Origin: Arenicellales bacterium
Lineage (GTDB): Bacteria; Pseudomonadota; Gammaproteobacteria; BMS3Bbin11
Direction: 5' to 3'
NCBI GenBank assembly: GCA_029287915.1
Contig: JARFQE010000115.1
Location: 34,969 to 98,968, forward strand
DNA: 64,000 nt
The first letter of the stretch is position 1. Every line of letters starts with the position of its first letter. A program made the translations under genes and the position numbers. Positions 54,454 through 64,000 of the stretch are shown in pieces. Below the pieces are notes generated by a model. The model had not been told where the DNA came from. It searched no databases and saw only the letters and a program-made list of their open reading frames with translations.

Positions 54454-54983
54454 AACGTTATTTAATCCCGCTGGCGTTATTTATTGTGCTGGTAGTTTTG
54501 CTCGCTGTCGGACTGAAGCTGGATCCGAAACATATTCCATCACCGTTTATAGGCAAGCCGGCCCCAATGTTTGATCTGCCAATCCTGCACAACCCGCAGC
54601 AGCATATAAAAACAGCAGATCTACAGGGACAGGTCTGGTTGTTGAATGTGTGGGCGTCCTGGTGTGTATCATGCCGTGCTGAGCATGAGGTGGTTAAGCG
54701 TTTCGTCGCCATGGGCATGGCACCTGTTTATGGCTTGAATTACAAGGATAAACCTGAAGATGCAAAAAGATGGTTGAATGCGCTGGGTGACCCCTATCAA
54801 GCCAGTCTGATGGATATCAGTGGAGATGCTGGCATCGACTGGGGGGTATATGGCGTGCCGGAAACCTTTGTTATAGATAAGAAAGGAATAGTCCGCTTCA
54901 AACAGGTAGGACCGGTTACCAATTCCATAATTGATGAAAAAATTTTACCACTGGTAAAGGAACTAAATGCAGAGGCAGGCTAA
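54450..54983 (+). CDS. ccmG: Thiol:disulfide interchange protein CcmG/DsbE
   Basis: 177 aa. TM anchor plus a thioredoxin fold with WCVSC and the GVYGVPETF motif. Confidence 0.9.
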   Translation: MKRYLIPLALFIVLVVLLAVGLKLDPKHIPSPFIGKPAPMFDLPILHNPQQHIKTADLQGQVWLLNVWASWCVSCRAEHEVVKRFVAMGMAPVYGLNYKDKPEDAKRWLNALGDPYQASLMDISGDAGIDWGVYGVPETFVIDKKGIVRFKQVGPVTNSIIDEKILPLVKELNAEAG

Positions 54984-55446
54984 AGTGTGGATGATTAAAT
55001 TCTCATTACCCATCGTTTTACTGATGCTGTTTGCTTCAATGCCGTCAATTGCAGCCTTTGATGCCTATCAGTTTGATGATCCAGAAAAAGAAGCTCTATA
55101 CAAAAAACTGATCAAAGAACTGCGTTGCACTGTCTGTCAGAACCAGGACATAGGTGATTCCAATGCTGAACTTGCCCAGGATCTTCGTCGTAAAACCTAT
55201 GAGATGATTTCGGCAGGAAAAGACGAAGAATTTGTGCTTGATTATATGTCCCAGCGCTATGGTGAATTTGTTCTTTACCGGCCGCGTCTGCAAATTAATA
55301 CGCTGCTGCTCTGGGTCGGGCCATTTATCATATTGTTTATTGCACTGTTTTTTTTACTCAGATTTATCCGCAGACCTGAAGATGAAGTGCCCCTGACTGA
55401 TGCTGATCGGGCACAGGCTGAACAGTTACTGGAGCGCGACAAATAA
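54967..55446 (+). CDS. ccmH: Cytochrome c-type biogenesis protein CcmH (NrfF-like)
   Basis: 159 aa. Signal peptide and the LRCxxCQNQ motif (LRCTVCQNQD). Confidence 0.85.
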   Translation: MQRQAKVWMIKFSLPIVLLMLFASMPSIAAFDAYQFDDPEKEALYKKLIKELRCTVCQNQDIGDSNAELAQDLRRKTYEMISAGKDEEFVLDYMSQRYGEFVLYRPRLQINTLLLWVGPFIILFIALFFLLRFIRRPEDEVPLTDADRAQAEQLLERDK

Positions 55447-56696
55447 TGTCATTCTGGATTATTTCAATACTGATGGTAGCAACGGGTCTGTTTCTGCTAC
55501 TACCTGCACTTGTAGGAAAAAAAACTAGCCTGGTCGATGACAATCGTGAGCAGAATATACGCATTGCTCAAGAGCGAATGAGTGAATTAAAGAACGAACT
55601 GGAAGCGGGTACATTGTCTCAGGATACCTATCAGCAGACCCTGGCAGAGCTTGAAAAAAGTCTGCTCATTGATGTTGCCGATGCTGCTGGCATGAAAAAA
55701 AGTCTCTCTGTGAGTTCTGGCAAGATGATGATAGTAATACTGCTTATCATCGTTCCATTACTTAGTTTCGGCCTTTATAAACAACTGGGTTCACCACAGC
55801 ACCTTGAGGTAGCAGGTCCGGGTAAACACCCTGTAGCTCAGACAGGTTCTTCAGATAGCAAAAAAGTGCCCTCAATGGAGGAAATGATTGCTAGCCTGAT
55901 AGAAAAGACAACTGAGAATCCGAATGACCCGAATGCATGGTATATGCTGGGGCGTCTGTATGCGGCAACAGATCAGTTTGCTGATTCGGTCAATGCCTAT
56001 GAGAAACTCGTAGTAGTATCAGAGCGCCAGCCTACAGCTCTGGTCGTTCTTGCTGATTCACTGGCGATGACGCAGGGAGGTAAATTAGAAGGCAGGCCAT
56101 TGAATCTGGTAATGGAGGCGATCGAAAAGGATCCGACTCATCCTACTGCACTTTGGATGGCAGGACAGGCTGCAGCTGATCAACAAAAATATGTTGCAGC
56201 CATTGAATACTGGCAACGTGCTGCCCAGGGTTTAAAAGATGATGAAGAGATGCAGCAGCAGCTTCGCTCTATGATTGAAGAAGCCGCTGTGCTTGCAAAG
56301 CAGGCAGGAATGGAAATAAAACAGAGTAGTTTGCCGGAATCATTGCCGCCTGTTACTGTTTCCATCGAAGTTACTGTCGATCCTTCCCTGCTAAGTCAAA
56401 TCAAGGAGAATGATGTACTGTTTATTTTTGCCCGTGAAGTGTCCGGGCCACCTATGCCGCTGGCAGCAATAAAGCGCCAGGCACGTGAATTGCCTGTAAG
56501 TATAGTGCTGGATGATTCATCGCTGTTGCGAGCAGGAACCAGTTTATCTCAATTCTCACAGTTGAAACTGGCAGCAAGAGTCTCGCACAGTGGACAACCA
56601 GTATCCCAAAGTGGTGATCTAGAAAGTGAGGTTAAGGTGATTGACCCTGCATCAAAAGAAGTCGTTCTTTTACATATTGATCAACGGGTCCCGTGA
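55446..56696 (+). CDS. ccmI: TPR-repeat cytochrome c biogenesis protein CcmI/CycH
   Basis: 416 aa. Two N-terminal TM helices and TPR-like repeats. Terminal gene of the ccm cluster. Confidence 0.7.
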   Translation: MSFWIISILMVATGLFLLLPALVGKKTSLVDDNREQNIRIAQERMSELKNELEAGTLSQDTYQQTLAELEKSLLIDVADAAGMKKSLSVSSGKMMIVILLIIVPLLSFGLYKQLGSPQHLEVAGPGKHPVAQTGSSDSKKVPSMEEMIASLIEKTTENPNDPNAWYMLGRLYAATDQFADSVNAYEKLVVVSERQPTALVVLADSLAMTQGGKLEGRPLNLVMEAIEKDPTHPTALWMAGQAAADQQKYVAAIEYWQRAAQGLKDDEEMQQQLRSMIEEAAVLAKQAGMEIKQSSLPESLPPVTVSIEVTVDPSLLSQIKENDVLFIFAREVSGPPMPLAAIKRQARELPVSIVLDDSSLLRAGTSLSQFSQLKLAARVSHSGQPVSQSGDLESEVKVIDPASKEVVLLHIDQRVP

Positions 56697-56816
56697 TAAT
56701 CTGCTGTAGTTATCTACCTTAAGTTGTTGTTTATAAATTACATATGGATAAACCTGGATAAACCATTTATAAGGTAACAGGTACAGTTTCAGCAAACACT
56801 ACAATGAGAGGTAGCT

Positions 56817-57053
56817 ATGTTAGGTGAAAAACACGATCTACATCATGAATTCCCTGAACACCGTGATCGCATCCATGAATTGAAGACGGGCAATCCTCGT
56901 TTTGCCAAAATGTTTGATGACTACCATGAAATAGAGCATGAAGTCAGGCGTATTGAAGAGGGTGTGGAAAACACTTCTGATGTTTATCTTGAAAACCTGA
57001 AAAAGAAACGGCTACATCTCAAAGATACGCTATATAGTATGATTACTGAGTAA
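56817..57053 (+). CDS. DUF465 (YdcH-like) small protein
   Basis: 78 aa. HELKTGNPRFAKMFDDYHEIEHEV matches the DUF465 family. Confidence 0.6.
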   Translation: MLGEKHDLHHEFPEHRDRIHELKTGNPRFAKMFDDYHEIEHEVRRIEEGVENTSDVYLENLKKKRLHLKDTLYSMITE

Positions 57054-57281
57054 ATCGGTGGTAGTACCATAGTCTGCGCGGACTAGTGTTCAGTGGGTGT
57101 ATGGCTATGTTTTTTTGCGGCTCCAGACATTTGCCATCACAACTCTCTCACTACTACCTGTTCTTGCTGGCTCCGATGCTCGGTCTTTACTGAACTTTGA
57201 ATGCCAAAAGCAATCGATTTTCATTTTTTAAAAATGTTGTATTTCTCAACTTAGTCTTAAATTTTCTAGAGGTGATTTTTA

Positions 57282-57677
57282 ATGTATGCTTTTTCAATCA
57301 GCACCGGTAAAACCTATGAAGATGCTGTTGCTACTGTAAAAAATGCCCTGCAGGAGCAGGGATTTGGTGTGCTGACTGAAATTAACGTCAGTGCTGTAAT
57401 GAAAAAGAAACTCGATATAGATAAGCGTCCCTATATTATTCTCGGCGCCTGTAATCCTGTTCTTGCTAATCAGGCTATTGATGCTGTACCCGATATCGGT
57501 CTGCTACTACCCTGCAATGTTGTTGTCAGGGAAGAAGAAAATGGCACTATTACTGTAGCCTTCATGGACCCTTCTGCCGTTTTAGCACTGGTTGATAACC
57601 CGCAGATTCCGGCGCTGGCAGCTGAAGTTCGCAGTCGACTTGAGAAAGTTCGTGATGCAGTAGCTGCAACAGACTGA
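57282..57677 (+). CDS. DUF302 domain protein
   Basis: 131 aa. GFGVLTEINVSAVMKKKL...ILGACNP is typical of DUF302. Confidence 0.65.
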   Translation: MYAFSISTGKTYEDAVATVKNALQEQGFGVLTEINVSAVMKKKLDIDKRPYIILGACNPVLANQAIDAVPDIGLLLPCNVVVREEENGTITVAFMDPSAVLALVDNPQIPALAAEVRSRLEKVRDAVAATD

Positions 57678-57694
57678 ATAGTAATTATAGTTTC

Positions 57695-58468
57695 TTGTTC
57701 GAATCTCTCAAACGCTGGTACCACTCCACGTTATTACGCGACGCGCGGATCCCTTTTCATCTCTGGCAGCAAAGTATCGAAGAGCTGGTTGCTTTAAAGC
57801 GATTAAACTCGCGGCAGTTGATTCGATTGAGAAAACTAGCGGGTCTTTTCTTGCGTGAGAAAAAGTTCTCTGCCGCCGCCGGGCTTGAACTATCGGAGAA
57901 AATGATTGTTCAGATAGCTGCACAGGCCTGTCTGTTGATTCTGAATAGAGGACTTGGTGATTTTGATGGTTGGCATGAAGTTATCGTCTATCCTGATGCC
58001 TTTATCGTTGACTATGAACACGTTGATGAAGCAGGCGTTGTACACAGCTCAGAAAGGACACTGGGTGGTGAGGCGTGGGGAAGGGGGCCTGTGATCCTGT
58101 CGTGGGCTGATGTTGATCCTGTTCGGCAGAATACCCGACAGCCTGCTTCCAATGTTGTTTTGCACGAGTTCGCCCATAAACTTGATATGCTAAACGGCGT
58201 CGCAAACGGTATGCCAGTATTGAATCAGGATATGCAAAGAGAAGACTGGACGCGTATATTTAACTGTGCCTATGAGCGCCTGTTAAGAGGTCTGGAACAT
58301 GGGCATCATGTTTCTATTGATCCCTATGCAGCGCACAGTCCAGCAGAATTTTTTGCAGTGGTGTCTGAGTACTTTTTTATGGCGCCATTGCATTTAAAGA
58401 AGCATTACCCAGGGGTATATGAAGAATTGAAAAAATATTATCGTCAGAATCCACTTGCCGATAGTTAA
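57695..58468 (+). CDS. mtfA: Zn-dependent protease MtfA (peptidase M90, Mlc titration factor)
   Basis: 257 aa. HExxH motif (HEFAHKLD) and the WGRGPVILSW region typical of MtfA. Confidence 0.75.
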   Translation: MFESLKRWYHSTLLRDARIPFHLWQQSIEELVALKRLNSRQLIRLRKLAGLFLREKKFSAAAGLELSEKMIVQIAAQACLLILNRGLGDFDGWHEVIVYPDAFIVDYEHVDEAGVVHSSERTLGGEAWGRGPVILSWADVDPVRQNTRQPASNVVLHEFAHKLDMLNGVANGMPVLNQDMQREDWTRIFNCAYERLLRGLEHGHHVSIDPYAAHSPAEFFAVVSEYFFMAPLHLKKHYPGVYEELKKYYRQNPLADS

Positions 58469-58690
58469 TTCTTTAGGGCGCCTTTATCTTTAAAACTAGG
58501 CAATGCTGTTCAGCTTGAAATATGTCAGCGTTAGTAAATTCGAATCTGTGAACATGATCTGGTCAGTAGAGCAGGTGGACAGGTATTTATCCTTTTCATG
58601 AAAATACTTATTTTTATGTAACATAGTCACTGACACTCGAACTGAAAATGCAGCAAACTATTGATAAAGTTTTTTTTCGATGAGGATTTT

Positions 58691-58885
58691 ATGATGAAAA
58701 CTAATATGGGTGATGTTGACCGGATGGTTCGCGCTCTGGTCGGTTTCACAGCGCTGGGTGCCGGATTTTATTTTCAAAGCTGGTGGGGTCTGACAGGACT
58801 GGTGATACTGGCAACTGCTACTTTCAGCTGGTGCCCGCCTTATGCCATGCTGGGAATTAATACCTGCAGCGCTGAAAAAAATTAA
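58691..58885 (+). CDS. DUF2892 (YgaP-like) small inner-membrane protein, copy 1
   Basis: 64 aa. GDVDRMVRALVG...GAGFYFQSWWG...SWCPPYAMLGINTCS is the DUF2892 pattern. The ORF track start at 58661 is an upstream extension. Confidence 0.65.
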   Translation: MMKTNMGDVDRMVRALVGFTALGAGFYFQSWWGLTGLVILATATFSWCPPYAMLGINTCSAEKN

Positions 58886-58976
58886 ATATTCGAGCTGTTT
58901 CATGTAACCTTGTCAGTGAAACTTGAATGGTGATGTTGCATACTTCCCGGTTCATTTCTGCTATGAGGATATTTAA

Positions 58977-59165
58977 ATGAAAAAGAATGTTGGTGATGTT
59001 GACAGGATAATTCGTGCTGTGGCCGGATTTGCAGTGCTTGGTGCCGGGTTTTATTTTCAAAGCTGGTGGGGTGCGCTGGGTCTTGTGCTACTTGGGACAG
59101 CAGCTATCGGCTGGTGCCCGCCATATGCACTTCTTGGTTTAAATACATCTAGCAAGGAACAATAA
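58977..59165 (+). CDS. DUF2892 small inner-membrane protein, copy 2 (tandem paralog)
   Basis: 62 aa. GDVDRIIRAVAG...GAGFYFQSWWG...GWCPPYALLGLNTSS, a close paralog of copy 1. Confidence 0.65.
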   Translation: MKKNVGDVDRIIRAVAGFAVLGAGFYFQSWWGALGLVLLGTAAIGWCPPYALLGLNTSSKEQ

Positions 59166-59177
59166 TGTATTTTAATA

Positions 59178-59228
59178 ACCAGGTCAGCTGACATAATCTT
59201 TACAGCTGACCTGGTATTGTTCATTTTT
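59178..59228. terminator. Bidirectional rho-independent terminator between the convergent DUF2892 and batD genes
   Basis: Perfect 13-bp inverted repeat ACCAGGTCAGCTG (59178-59190) / CAGCTGACCTGGT (59203-59215) with a 12-nt loop, followed by TTCATTTTTAT. An A-rich run lies upstream for the opposite direction. Confidence 0.6.
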
Positions 59229-59353
59229 ATCTTGAGCTATCAGGTTTTTAAGGATGCAGTTAAGGATACAGTGATAAATTAATCCATGGCCGTGTCTAAT
59301 TTTTAGAAAACGGCATGGGTAAAGGTTGTCAGATCTATCGCTGTATCGGCCCC

Positions 59354-60871
59354 CTAGTCTAGTCGAAATCTTGTTGCAATCCTTCGTGGCTTAGTCACTA
59401 GTTCAGCCAGTTCATGGATTAAATTTTTCAAGTTGTGCTGCTCTGAGTTGCCATAATATATATCTGAAAGTGATCTTGTACATGTTTCAAGCTTATCGTC
59501 AACTTGATATCTTTGCTGCCAAAGCTCCAGCCATTTATATATTGTTAGATTAGTTGACCAGCCTTCAGCTTTCCCTATCATTCTTAGTCCTGCAATGGCA
59601 TCGTCAATAGTGTTTGCATGCCTGATCTTGTCCACGGCTAGCTGGTGTTGTTTTTTGTATTGCAGCCGAGCACCAATGTATCGGTAAGTTCTTGTCAGAA
59701 GATAAACTAGCAAAATTGATAGAATCAGAATTATCAGAAAACGTATTTGCATACTTGCCGAAAAGGGTTGTTCTGCCCTGTGTACTATAGTTTCTAGCCT
59801 GCCACTTGCCGGGTCAAAATATTGTATTTTCAGTTCAGGCAAATCTAAAAATCCATTTTGCAGGGGTTTAAATGGAATTGTATGAGTCACACGACCATGC
59901 ACGCCCTTGTTATCTGGATGCACACTGCGTTGACTAGTGGCTGGAAAAAAATGAATGCTGTCATTGGAATTTATCTGTCTCAGAATCGATGGCAGCCAGT
60001 AAGGCGTCAGAGACTGACTCTCGAGATGTATATTCCAGTAAGCGAGCTCGTTCGTATTTAGTATGCCAGTGGGCGCGACCGAAGTTTTAACCTGGATCCT
60101 GCCTACTGGTATGGTTGGTGGCAAATATGAAGCCAGAGGGTGAATTTTTAGCTTGATCTTTGGAAGATAGAAGACTCTTCTGATCACTCCACTTAGATGG
60201 TACTCAATCGCCGGTAAATCGACGGCCATTGAGCCAGTTTTTAGTGGTATTAAAGACCAGCCAGCAGTGATTATCGATCTGTTAGTGTGTTTGTTTTCAT
60301 TCCACACACGCTTCACAGGCAATGCTGTTACTTCAAAACCGTCTACGGTTTCTTGTGCCAGCTTAACAGTTGCATATTGCTCCGGCGTGGTGAGTGTCAG
60401 CAAGACAATAATCTGTTCACGCTGCCAGGCCTCAGTTGCTGTCAGTTTCCAGTCAACAGAGATTTTCTCTCCATCTGTGGTGGCATCCCGGATCGTTACC
60501 CTTTTTTCAGCACTGCTGATTTTATCAATGCTAAACGGGGGTATAAGGAGCTCGCCAGTCTGACGAGGATTGAGTTTCAGGCTCAATGTTTGCTGATGGA
60601 TCGGAGCATTACCGAACTGATTACTATCTGCGTCGCTTTGTTGCAGAATTTCAGTCTCCAGGTCTTTGCTGCCAACGACAAATTGTACGTTTAGTGACTG
60701 TAGAGATAGCATCGACAGGTCACTGTTGAGATCTTTGCCTATAATCTTTAAGTAAACAGGCCTGCCGAGCTCTCCAGTCGATTTCTTTAGTTGCACCTCG
60801 AGAGAGGATTTGGCCAATACTGACAATGGGCATAGAGTAAGCAGCATAACCAGTGCCTGTAGTCTTACCAT
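59354..60871 (-). CDS. batD: BatD-like oxygen-tolerance protein
   Basis: 505 aa. Signal peptide, large extracytoplasmic domain and a C-terminal TM helix. Terminal gene of a batA/batB/batC-type operon. Confidence 0.65.
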   Translation of the reverse strand: MVRLQALVMLLTLCPLSVLAKSSLEVQLKKSTGELGRPVYLKIIGKDLNSDLSMLSLQSLNVQFVVGSKDLETEILQQSDADSNQFGNAPIHQQTLSLKLNPRQTGELLIPPFSIDKISSAEKRVTIRDATTDGEKISVDWKLTATEAWQREQIIVLLTLTTPEQYATVKLAQETVDGFEVTALPVKRVWNENKHTNRSIITAGWSLIPLKTGSMAVDLPAIEYHLSGVIRRVFYLPKIKLKIHPLASYLPPTIPVGRIQVKTSVAPTGILNTNELAYWNIHLESQSLTPYWLPSILRQINSNDSIHFFPATSQRSVHPDNKGVHGRVTHTIPFKPLQNGFLDLPELKIQYFDPASGRLETIVHRAEQPFSASMQIRFLIILILSILLVYLLTRTYRYIGARLQYKKQHQLAVDKIRHANTIDDAIAGLRMIGKAEGWSTNLTIYKWLELWQQRYQVDDKLETCTRSLSDIYYGNSEQHNLKNLIHELAELVTKPRRIATRFRLD

Positions 60872-61053
60872 GGAAGTACACCCGGTACTGTTTCTGCTTG
60901 TTCAACAGGAGCAGCAAAACCCTCTTCCATTTCGAATAAACGTTTCCACAGTAATTGCTGACGATCTTCCAGTTCTCTCATGCGTATGCGGGCGGCAGTA
61001 ATATCCTGTTGCCATTGGCCATTGTCTTGCTGTTCGCTGGCTAAACCAGCCTG

Positions 61054-62832
61054 TTATTCATTCACCAGCCTAACTTGAGCCAGTCCTTTTGACAGTAGCT
61101 TCTCAAGTTCTTCTGCTGGTATCTCTGGCAAAGGAATATCAGCTTTTAGTCTTTGTTCCTCGTTATCGAATGACATGGAACCCCTGTCATTAATATCCAG
61201 TCCCTGTTGTGCCCTCGTTGAACGCGGCCCCGACCCCATACGGTTTGCTGCTCCTTGTTTGATTTGTTCTTCAATCAGTTGTTGCAGGGAATCGCTGATG
61301 GCGAGGTTTATCTTCGCAGCCCTGTGCGACGGCCGGTAGAGCAGTACATCTTTAAACAGAGCGGCTGCAGCTGCATAGTCACCGGTTTTGAACGTCGCAT
61401 TAGCCAGGTTATAGATGGCATTTGCACGTAGTTGATCCGTTTCTGCGAGTACTACAGCCTGGTTAAACTGTGCTATTGCCTGTTTGTATTCTTCCTTTCG
61501 ATAGTAACTGCTGCCTTCACCGAGACGACCGTTATAGCCGGGTAGCTGGCGATAAAAATCAGCCGCCTGATCAAAGTTCTTTTCCTTAAATCTATGGTAA
61601 GCCAGGCGTTCGATCTCCGTAATTCCGTGCGCAGTTCGCTCAGCAGCATGTGCCTGATTAAACGGATTCAGCGATGGTATCAGTGAGAATAACAGTAGTT
61701 TGCTAACAAGCATGATTGTTACTGAATTCATCGATTTCAGGCGATACGGCATCAGACAGGCAAACAGCAACAGAATGGCAGGCAATAAGGTCCAGGGGTA
61801 AAGCTCCTGCCATACCACTTCATTATCAATGACAGGCCTGTTTGCAAGATGAGAGTTTGCCGCCATGCCCCGGTCGTAAAGAGTCTGCCAGTCGCTGTCA
61901 TCATTCTGCGTGATGATGAAACGGCCATTCGCTGTTTCAGCAAGCTCAGTCAGGAACTTTTCATTTAGGCGAGAGATAACCGGTCGTCCCTCGAATTGCA
62001 GCCAGCCTCCCTCTGTTAGTGGTACAGCCTCACCTTCGATGCTGCCCATACCGAGGATGAAAAGTGCGATTGATTTATTTGAAAGGTTCTTCACTGTGGC
62101 TGTGATTTTTTTTACTTCATCAGATTTATTGTATGCAAAATCATTATCTGTATAGGTATCATCTGTAAAATCCCCGTCTGTAAACCATAAGATGGCAGAC
62201 CTGTTCTGAAAGTTGGCCTGTTCAATCTCTTTGCGTGCTAGATCGAGTGCGCTGCTCGGTGAGCTGCCATAGGTTGGCAGGGGGATGCTATCCATCAGCT
62301 TAAGGTAATACTTAAAGGCATTAACATCGCGGGTAAAAGGGACCAACAGGTGTGCCCTCGCTGTATACAGTATCAGACCAACACGGTTGTTCGAGGCTCG
62401 TTGAAGTAGTTCGTTAATTTCTATTTGTACTCGGCGCAGGCGGTTTGGCTCGATGTCACGTGCCTGCATGGAACGAGATACATCCACCACTATCATGATA
62501 TTCAACTCAGGTTCATCTGTTATAGCTGCTCCTGCTGGCTGCTCAAGCAGCAAACGTGGCCCAGATAATGATATCGCCAGTAGCAACCACGCTATGATAT
62601 AAGCGGCCTGACGTGAGATGATCCATGATGACAATGCATGTGATTTCTTCGTTTGCTGCCAGATAACCCATGCCTGCAGATTGGTATCTGCGTAACAGGA
62701 CAGTTTTCTTTTACTGGAGATCTGTCGAATGAACAGCAGCATAAAAGGCTGCAGGGCGAGCAATAACCATAACGGTTGCCGCCAGTAGATGGACTGCAAC
62801 CACAGGTCAGGTAGCAGATAGGATTCGGTCAT
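61054..62832 (-). CDS. batB: VWA-domain plus TPR protein (BatB/BatC-like fusion)
   Basis: 592 aa. N-terminal TM helices, a vWFA domain (IMIVVDVSRSM...) and C-terminal TPR repeats (YYRKEEYKQAIAQF...). Confidence 0.7.
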   Translation of the reverse strand: MTESYLLPDLWLQSIYWRQPLWLLLALQPFMLLFIRQISSKRKLSCYADTNLQAWVIWQQTKKSHALSSWIISRQAAYIIAWLLLAISLSGPRLLLEQPAGAAITDEPELNIMIVVDVSRSMQARDIEPNRLRRVQIEINELLQRASNNRVGLILYTARAHLLVPFTRDVNAFKYYLKLMDSIPLPTYGSSPSSALDLARKEIEQANFQNRSAILWFTDGDFTDDTYTDNDFAYNKSDEVKKITATVKNLSNKSIALFILGMGSIEGEAVPLTEGGWLQFEGRPVISRLNEKFLTELAETANGRFIITQNDDSDWQTLYDRGMAANSHLANRPVIDNEVVWQELYPWTLLPAILLLFACLMPYRLKSMNSVTIMLVSKLLLFSLIPSLNPFNQAHAAERTAHGITEIERLAYHRFKEKNFDQAADFYRQLPGYNGRLGEGSSYYRKEEYKQAIAQFNQAVVLAETDQLRANAIYNLANATFKTGDYAAAAALFKDVLLYRPSHRAAKINLAISDSLQQLIEEQIKQGAANRMGSGPRSTRAQQGLDINDRGSMSFDNEEQRLKADIPLPEIPAEELEKLLSKGLAQVRLVNE

Positions 62833-62856
62833 CTGAGTCTTCTCATCGGGTATATT

Positions 62857-63891
62857 TCATTTAGTAACACTGCAGCCAAGACGGACAAACTGGTACAGCG
62901 AAAGAATCAGCAAACCCACTACCAGGGGTATCGGATACAGGGCGCTATGGAAATACCTGGCAGGCATTTCCTTTTTGTATTTTTCTCGTTGATCAATATC
63001 TGCTATTGCTTCGTCCAGAGCTTTTTCATTACCGGCCTGGTAGCTTTTAGCACCTGTCAGTAAAGCGAGCTTTTGCAGCAAATCGATATTGGCAGGGTGA
63101 TAGATCAGACCGCCAGGCTCCTTTTCAGCAGCATCATAGGTCGCTGCACCGATAGCTATGGTATATAGCGGTAATCCTGATTCATGGGCCAGCTCAGCAG
63201 CTGCAACAGGTGATATGCTGTCAGTAGATTGATCCGCATCGGTAAATAAAACGAGAATTCTGCGTCGTTCAGGCATGTTGGCAGATTGCTTGACTGCCAG
63301 CGCTATGGCTTCACCCAGTGCATTGAAACGTCCGGCCATGGTTGTTTTGATGCGAGACAGCATGCGCTGTGTCAGTGCCGGATCATCATTCATTGGCAAC
63401 ATGGTATAGGCCGATTCACCGAACACGATAACCGAAATCCTGTCGCCCTCGAGTTGCTGCACAAAACGATCAAGAAAACGCTTCAGGAAAGTCATGCGGT
63501 CGATACGTTCACCATTGAGTTCATAGTCTCTTAACAGCATGCTGACCGATGCATCTACAATAAAAGTAATATCTCGTTGTTCAACAGGGGCAGGGATTCT
63601 CCTGCCCGTTTTCACTGGCTCGGCAAGCGCCAGAACCAGGCAGCTTAATACCAGCCAGATTACTATCGTATTAACTGGGCTATATCTCAAACGCGTATAT
63701 GACCTGCTGCTCAGTTTCGCGAGCAGGGGGTGACGCACCTGCAGATCTGAAGTAGGAGAGATAAAGCTGATAGCCTGTATGTCTTCATCGCCAGCACGCG
63801 ATGCTGATTTTCGCCACAGCAGTGCGAGGATAACGAGCACGGGCAGCAGCCACAAAAAGCCGGGTAATAGAAATTCAATATCACCGCTCAT
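62857..63891 (-). CDS. batA: VWA-domain membrane protein BatA-like
   Basis: 344 aa. Two N-terminal TM helices, vWFA MIDAS region (ITFIVDASVSM, VIVFGESAYTM) and a C-terminal TM helix. Confidence 0.75.
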   Translation of the reverse strand: MSGDIEFLLPGFLWLLPVLVILALLWRKSASRAGDEDIQAISFISPTSDLQVRHPLLAKLSSRSYTRLRYSPVNTIVIWLVLSCLVLALAEPVKTGRRIPAPVEQRDITFIVDASVSMLLRDYELNGERIDRMTFLKRFLDRFVQQLEGDRISVIVFGESAYTMLPMNDDPALTQRMLSRIKTTMAGRFNALGEAIALAVKQSANMPERRRILVLFTDADQSTDSISPVAAAELAHESGLPLYTIAIGAATYDAAEKEPGGLIYHPANIDLLQKLALLTGAKSYQAGNEKALDEAIADIDQREKYKKEMPARYFHSALYPIPLVVGLLILSLYQFVRLGCSVTK

Positions 63892-64000
63892 TATGGCCAG
63901 TTCTTCAACCAGAAATGAGTTTCTCTGAACAGCTCATCGAGGCTTGATGGATGACTGTTCTGCCTGCCATATCGGGCTGATGATAGCGCCCAGGTGAAAC
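63891..64000 (-). CDS. C-terminal end of the upstream operon member, possibly DUF58-like; partial at the window edge
   Basis: Minus-strand frame ...ELFRETHFWLKNWP* ends at a TAA that overlaps the batA ATG (TAATG). DUF58/MoxR genes normally precede batA. Confidence 0.3.
   Translation of the reverse strand, partial: FTWALSSARYGRQNSHPSSLDELFRETHFWLKNWP

Overview
The window reads as a gammaproteobacterial chromosome segment, roughly mid-40s %GC by eye, and most of it is conserved core genes in canonical order. All family assignments below come from reading the translated ORFs against remembered family signatures, not from a database search. Start codons are the least certain part of every call.

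Core operons, left to right:
- rseP (3' end), bamA, skp, lpxD, fabZ, lpxA, lpxB, rnhB, dnaE, accA, tilS, pyrG, kdsA, eno, ftsB.
- ygfZ on the minus strand, then sdhCDAB, sdhE, ygfX.
- nadB divergent from rpoE, rseA, rseB, rseC, degP.
- lepA, lepB, a DUF4845 gene, rnc, era, recO, pdxJ, with yggX convergent.
- A class-I aminotransferase, uvrB, the complete system-I cytochrome c maturation cluster ccmABCDEFGHI, a DUF465/DUF302/mtfA/two-DUF2892 block, and a batA/batBC/batD aerotolerance-type operon running off the right edge.

Stretches the core does not explain:
- Immediately after ftsB, where ispD-ispF usually sit, there is a His/Met-rich heptad-repeat membrane protein followed by a DUF3365 protein with a CxxCH heme motif.
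- An A-type Fe-S carrier (IscA/ErpA family) with an aberrant C-terminal Gly/Cys tail sits next to an ATP-grasp ligase, divergent from yggX.
- An AT-rich accessory island of about 5 to 7.6 kb (about 38.5 or 41.0 kb to 46.1 kb) ends at the 3' end of tRNA-Asn(GTT) and carries no integrase. It holds an outer-membrane beta-barrel, a divergent hypothetical pair, a multi-zinc-ribbon protein with two tiny downstream ORFs, two convergent lipoproteins with peptidoglycan-binding domains, and two tiny minus-strand genes that each have their own near-identical intrinsic terminator. One of those is AP2-like.
- ccmA carries a single in-frame TGA at 49987-49989 in an otherwise intact gene at the head of an otherwise intact ccm operon.

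No CRISPR array, IS element, transposase or rRNA was found.
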